A DNA stretch of 63,920 bases, the filler included, from Lama guanicoe (taxonomy: Eukaryota): assembly GCA_013239625.1 (NCBI GenBank). It is 212 parts of 212 records of this genome, joined end to end, with 100 filler letters (N's around TTAATTAATTAA, not from the genome) between each part and the next. Parts side by side here need not be neighbours in the genome. Positions count along the whole stretch, not along the records: positions 62,511 to 62,712 come from PNXV01031425.1; positions 62,813 to 63,014 come from PNXV01031426.1; positions 63,115 to 63,316 come from PNXV01031427.1; positions 63,417 to 63,618 come from PNXV01031428.1; positions 63,719 to 63,920 come from PNXV01031429.1; 207 more parts are not named here. One strand, given 5' to 3'. Positions 62,411 to 63,920 of the stretch are shown piece by piece; the first letter of the stretch is position 1; the number at the start of each line of letters is the position of its first letter. Under the pieces are notes generated by a model. That model was not told the origin of the DNA, searched no databases, and worked only from the letters and a program-made list of their open reading frames with translations. The translations under genes and the position numbers were made by a program.

Positions 62411-63920
62411 NNNNNNNNNNNNNNNNNNNNNNNNNNNNNNNNNNNNNNNNNNNNTTAATTAATTAANNNNNNNNNNNNNNNNNNNNNNNNNNNNNNNNNN
62501 NNNNNNNNNNCATAGTTACCTGAAGTCAGATTTAAAGCAATTAGCAGTTGGCCCAGCCTCAGATCTCGCAAAGGAGAAGGGGAACGTCTTCTCTTCTGTG
62601 GGGTGTGGGGGAAGGCAGTCAGGCAAGTGGGGATGTGTGGGGTTGGTCCCTGTGTCTCCGATACTTTCCCAGCCAGTTCTCTCCTGATCAGGCCAAAGAA
62701 ATGAACTGACAANNNNNNNNNNNNNNNNNNNNNNNNNNNNNNNNNNNNNNNNNNNNTTAATTAATTAANNNNNNNNNNNNNNNNNNNNNNNNNNNNNNNN
62801 NNNNNNNNNNNNCCAGCAGTCAATAAATATCTGTTACACTTAAGAATGGATTCATTACATACAAAATATGGATATACGACTGTTCATTGTATTTTATGCT
62901 ATAGCCTAAGTTTGTCTATTCTTGCATATATTGAAAGATCCAATGTGACTATACTTAATAAATATACCATTTTATATTGTGATTTAATTTCCTGTTTAGT
63001 TTAACATGCTAAGCNNNNNNNNNNNNNNNNNNNNNNNNNNNNNNNNNNNNNNNNNNNNTTAATTAATTAANNNNNNNNNNNNNNNNNNNNNNNNNNNNNN
63101 NNNNNNNNNNNNNNACCCCAAGTTTTGAGTGATAAGATACTCTTTCAACTTATAAAACTTATGAAATGCTTTAAGGAAGAGTTTAGAATTCTGAGATGAA
63201 AACATCTCTGAAGATAAAGAAAACCCTTTGTGGTTTAATCTGCATCTGATATTTGATCAGACTCTCGTGGCTTACATCTTTCCCAAGCAGCTGATTTTTC
63301 TTATGCTTTTACTCATNNNNNNNNNNNNNNNNNNNNNNNNNNNNNNNNNNNNNNNNNNNNTTAATTAATTAANNNNNNNNNNNNNNNNNNNNNNNNNNNN
63401 NNNNNNNNNNNNNNNNAATTTTACGTGTGGTCAAGCTGGCTAAGATTAGAATGGATTTATTTAAATTTTTAGAAAATGAGTTTTAATATCAAAATACAGT
63501 AATGTAAAATTAGAATTTAGTTTTCTCTCTCTGTCTTAAGATTATTCACCTGCTCTTAATAAGAAATTATAAACAAAGGTTTTTCTTTACCTTTTAAGTA
63601 AACTGTCTGGAAAGCAAANNNNNNNNNNNNNNNNNNNNNNNNNNNNNNNNNNNNNNNNNNNNTTAATTAATTAANNNNNNNNNNNNNNNNNNNNNNNNNN
63701 NNNNNNNNNNNNNNNNNNTAACATGGTTTCCTCTGATTTGCTAGGGGTGCTTCTCTCTTCAGACCCCTGACTCCAAAGGCATCCACCCCGACTGACCTCA
63801 TAACTCCAGTCAACCCTTTGGAAGTGCACGTGGCCACAAGCAAGCTCTCTGTCTGCACCCAGGCTACATATGGTCTGAGACATTTCTGATGTGACTTCTG
63901 ACCACCCAGCCAATCTCTCT

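Larger units (their letters stand above)
203..63718. other. Artificial contig spacer N44-TTAATTAATTAA-N44 (100 nt), repeated 211 times between 201-202-bp contigs
   Basis: The first copy is 203-302 and the last is 63619-63718, with a period of 302 (301 four times). The 12-mer is palindromic with TAA in all six frames. The lengths add up exactly: 212x202 + 211x100 - 4 = 63920. Confidence 0.99.

Noticed and set aside
203..63718. CRISPR-like or regularly interspaced array (constant TTAATTAATTAA with unique ~202-bp 'spacers')
   Set aside because: The repeat is embedded in fixed N44 pads and is a six-frame-stop linker. The 'spacers' are mammalian genomic fragments and there are no cas genes. It is a bioinformatic artefact.
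255..63913. Most ORFs in the supplied track (60-85 aa ending in X-runs, N or LIN)
   Set aside because: They pass the length cutoff only by reading through about 15 N codons to the linker stop. Only the EEF1A1, IYD and CSF2RB frames, plus L1 remnants, match known proteins.

Overview
This window is not a contiguous locus. It is an artificial concatenation of 212 unrelated mammalian mini-contigs (208 of 202 bp, four of 201 bp). They are joined by an identical 100-nt spacer, N44-TTAATTAATTAA-N44, whose core is palindromic and places a stop in all six frames. Almost every ORF in the supplied track is a short frame extended through N-runs to that spacer, and adjacency between contigs carries no biological meaning. 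The DNA is most likely camelid (camel/alpaca), because it carries tRNA-Ala-derived SINEs of the vic-1 type. Most contigs are non-coding or fragments of L1, L2, MIR, MaLR/ERV or MER elements. Four gene fragments are recognisable: an EEF1A1 processed pseudogene (5134-5334), IYD coding exon 1 (26878-27006, minus), a complete CSF2RB WSEWS exon (42885-43047, minus), and an HSFY-like exon start (51466-51539) that the ORF track missed. Other structure includes a ~248-bp satellite monomer reconstructed circularly from three contigs, a 7-bp-period satellite, a ~96-bp tandem repeat with a MER53-like core, an L1 inversion junction, a nested L1 tail with a TSD, and an assembly bubble pair with exactly 49-bp identical flanks. 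I find no support for a novel multi-gene system; 200-bp unlinked fragments could not show one. All gene and repeat family assignments are from recalled sequences, not database searches.
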